A program made the position numbers and the translations under genes. A DNA stretch of 63,853 nt, counting the filler, from Octopus bimaculoides (Eukaryota): NCBI RefSeq assembly GCF_001194135.2. It is 5 parts of 5 records of this genome, joined end to end, with 100 filler letters (N's around TTAATTAATTAA, not from the genome) between each part and the next. Parts side by side here need not be neighbours in the genome. Positions count along the whole stretch, not along the records: positions 61,546 to 63,853 come from NC_068981.1; 4 more parts are not named here. One strand, 5' to 3'. The notes under the pieces were generated by a model. It saw only the letters and a program-made list of their open reading frames with translations. It had not been told where the DNA came from and did not search any database. Positions within the stretch are counted from its first letter, which is position 1. The number at the start of each line of letters is the position of its first letter. This document shows positions 61,595 through 63,853 of the stretch, in pieces.

Positions 61595-62150
61595 AGCATA
61601 TGGCTCAGTGGTTAAGGCGTCGGGCTCACAATCATGAGATAGTGAGTTCGATTTCCGGACCAGGCTGTGTGTTGTGTTCTTGGGTAAGACATTATTTGGA
61701 TCTTTTTGCCATTATTTCACGTTGCTTACAGTTCACTCGGTTCACAAATGAGTTTGCCTTTCCCTTTGGATAACATCAGTGGGGCGGGGTGGAGAGGATG
61801 GTATGCTTGGACGACTGCTGGTCTGCCATAAACAACTTTTGCCCGGATTTGAGTCTCGGAAGGTAACTTTCTAGGTGCAATCCCATGGTCATTTTTCTTT
61901 CTCCTACTCTAGGCACAAGGCCCGACATTTTTGGGGAGGGGAGCAGTCGATTAGATCGACTCTAGTTCACAACTGGTACTAAATTTATCGACCCCGAAAG
62001 GATGAAAGGCAAAGTTGACCTCGGTGGAATTTGAACTCAGAACAAAGACAGACGAAATACCGCTAAGCATTTCACCCGGTGTGCTAACGTTTCTGCCAGC
62101 TCGCCGCCAATCCTATGGTCATTTATGACCGAAGGGAGTCTTTACCCTTA
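61595..62150 (+). mobile_element. tRNA-derived SINE interrupted by a family B SINE
   Basis: Head TGGCTCAGTGGTTAAGGCG...GAGTTCGATTTCC. The tail resumes after 62107. Confidence 0.75.
61895..62107 (-). mobile_element. Full-length SINE family B with 17-bp TSD
   Basis: TSD CAATCCCATGGTCATTT (61878-61894) and CAATCCTATGGTCATTT (62108-62124). Head GGCGGCGAGCTGGCAGAAACG. Confidence 0.9.
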
Positions 62151-62169
62151 CTCTTATGCACACGCGCAG

Positions 62170-62271
<102 letters not shown>

Positions 62272-62589
62272 AGGATGCTTTAGTCGGCCCGAAGCTATAG
62301 AACAAGACACCTGTCCAAAGTGCCACACTGTAGGACTGAACCTGGAACCAGGTCGTTTAGAAGCAAATTTCTTACAACATAACCACATAAGCAACTATTA
62401 ATATTGTTTTAAAGTAAGAATGAGCACACTCATTGCACTTTAAGACAGAGATGCAGTAACGTAGCGTAGGTTGCCAACACTCGGGGTTGAGCAAGTACTG
62501 CGCTCCTAAACAGTGGATCATTTATTCATTTAGACAAAACATAACTAATTTTTCTGCAACTGTTTCCCTAATACTTGAATGCTATATAC

Positions 62590-62875
62590 CAGTGCTTCTC
62601 AAACTATATGATGTGACGTACCGGTAGTTTATTTTTACAATGTGTCAGGGACCCGTAATAGTTCTTAATGATATTAATTTATACTGGAAACAGTGTATAT
62701 AATTAATATAATAAAAGTTGACATTTTTTTTTATCTTATATTTATTTTGTAAACAAATAATACAATATTACATAAGCATTTTATAATGTTTCTTTTCTGG
62801 AAACTCGCCGCGTACTTGTAGCTGATGGCTCGCGGACCGGCACCGATCCGCAGACTGTCACCTTGAGTAGCACTG
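62590..62875. mobile_element. hAT-type MITE with 8-bp TSD
   Basis: TIRs CAGTGCTTCTCAA and TTGAGTAGCACTG. TSD CTATATAC (62582-62589) and CTATAGAC (62876-62883). Confidence 0.85.
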
Positions 62876-63853
62876 CTATAGACAACGTCCCCACACTTTA
62901 TATTTAGGATTAATCGACTCATGACCATCAGGTCTAATTTTCAGACAGAATACCTTGGGCTATTTTATCCAATGTATCCTGCCTTGTTTAAAACGGTAGG
63001 GTGTTGTTAAATCTGGCAGGCTGAACGACTACCTAGAGGTCTCATACTTCTGTTCGTTATAGCAACTGTTGTTGTTTATCCCCCGAGTCAGTAGATTGCC
63101 TGAATCGGTAGGGTCTCTGACTTAAATGTCTGCAATATTTGATGTTTATCCTTCACGTTTTGAATTGTTTTCTATTCTTCCATGAGTCAATAAAAACAAA
63201 TTAAAAGCAATGTTTTTTTAAATTTTGTTTTGCCTGGGGTTACTAATATTCTAATAAATCATCTTATATATTGGATGGGAGTTGTAATATAAAAAAATGA
63301 AAGACATTTAACCAAAGGCGCTCCAACCGACGATTCTGTTTTTAGAGGCATGTAGGGCTTCATTTCTGTCATTTCATATTTTATTTTTTTAGATCAGAAA
63401 GAATAATTTGAGGGAGATCTAACTGTTATTTCTAATAGGTCGAGCGACCACATAAAGGCCACCGTCTTTGGCTCGTTATAACAATTGTATGTGTTAATGG
63501 TTAGGCAAAGATTTATACGGGAAGCATGTTACCATCGGCCCCTACAGCTGTGAGGTCTAAATCGTAACTATTAACGGTATCTAAAACAATCGGTTTGCAT
63601 TTAAAGCGCAGTTATTAACACCAATTTCTTATTTTTTGTAGTCAAGAAAACATTAAACAACTTTCGAAAGTTTAATGAATCTCTGAAGAATTATAAGTGG
63701 ATATTTAAGATGTAATTCATTTTTATCGGCAAATTGAAATTTTCAACTCGTGAATAACAGCAGAGGGACGTTAATAGGAGCTGGACCACTGATAAAGTTT
63801 TTGCTGTCGTCGGTATCTTATGGGGGACAGGGAAGGTGCTTGACTCTTTCATC

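Overview
Eukaryotic, AT-rich, gap-ridden scaffold segment saturated with (TA)n/(CA)n/(CATA)n microsatellites and transposon debris. The SINE/MITE families and repeat texture suggest a coleoid cephalopod, probably Octopus (inference from pattern recognition, not a database match). Almost all listed ORFs are microsatellite or N-gap artefacts. Supported content: (1) three phase-compatible exons (32861-32683, 23422-23146, 19185-19017) of a minus-strand host gene encoding an unrecognised, probably secreted, Cys-containing protein with a Ser/Thr-rich stalk. (2) Decayed transposons: a hATm-like transposase, an internally deleted Gypsy LTR element nested in an APE-type LINE, a Penelope-like (PLE) GIY-YIG 3' end, an R4/Dong-like RLE 3' end, a CR1 3' end, mariner and maT fragments, hAT and Tc1/mariner MITEs, and many tRNA-derived SINEs. 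(3) A ~265-bp divergent 18S rRNA fragment. (4) Most notable: several minimal type-I hammerhead-ribozyme-like motifs, apparently from different PLE-terminal families. These include one with a canonical core (39909-39956) and a three-copy family with a shared A6U core variant, and several lie in inverted-duplicated (foldback) ends next to (TA)n tracts. All translations, alignments and folds were done by eye; coordinates of degenerate repeats are approximate.
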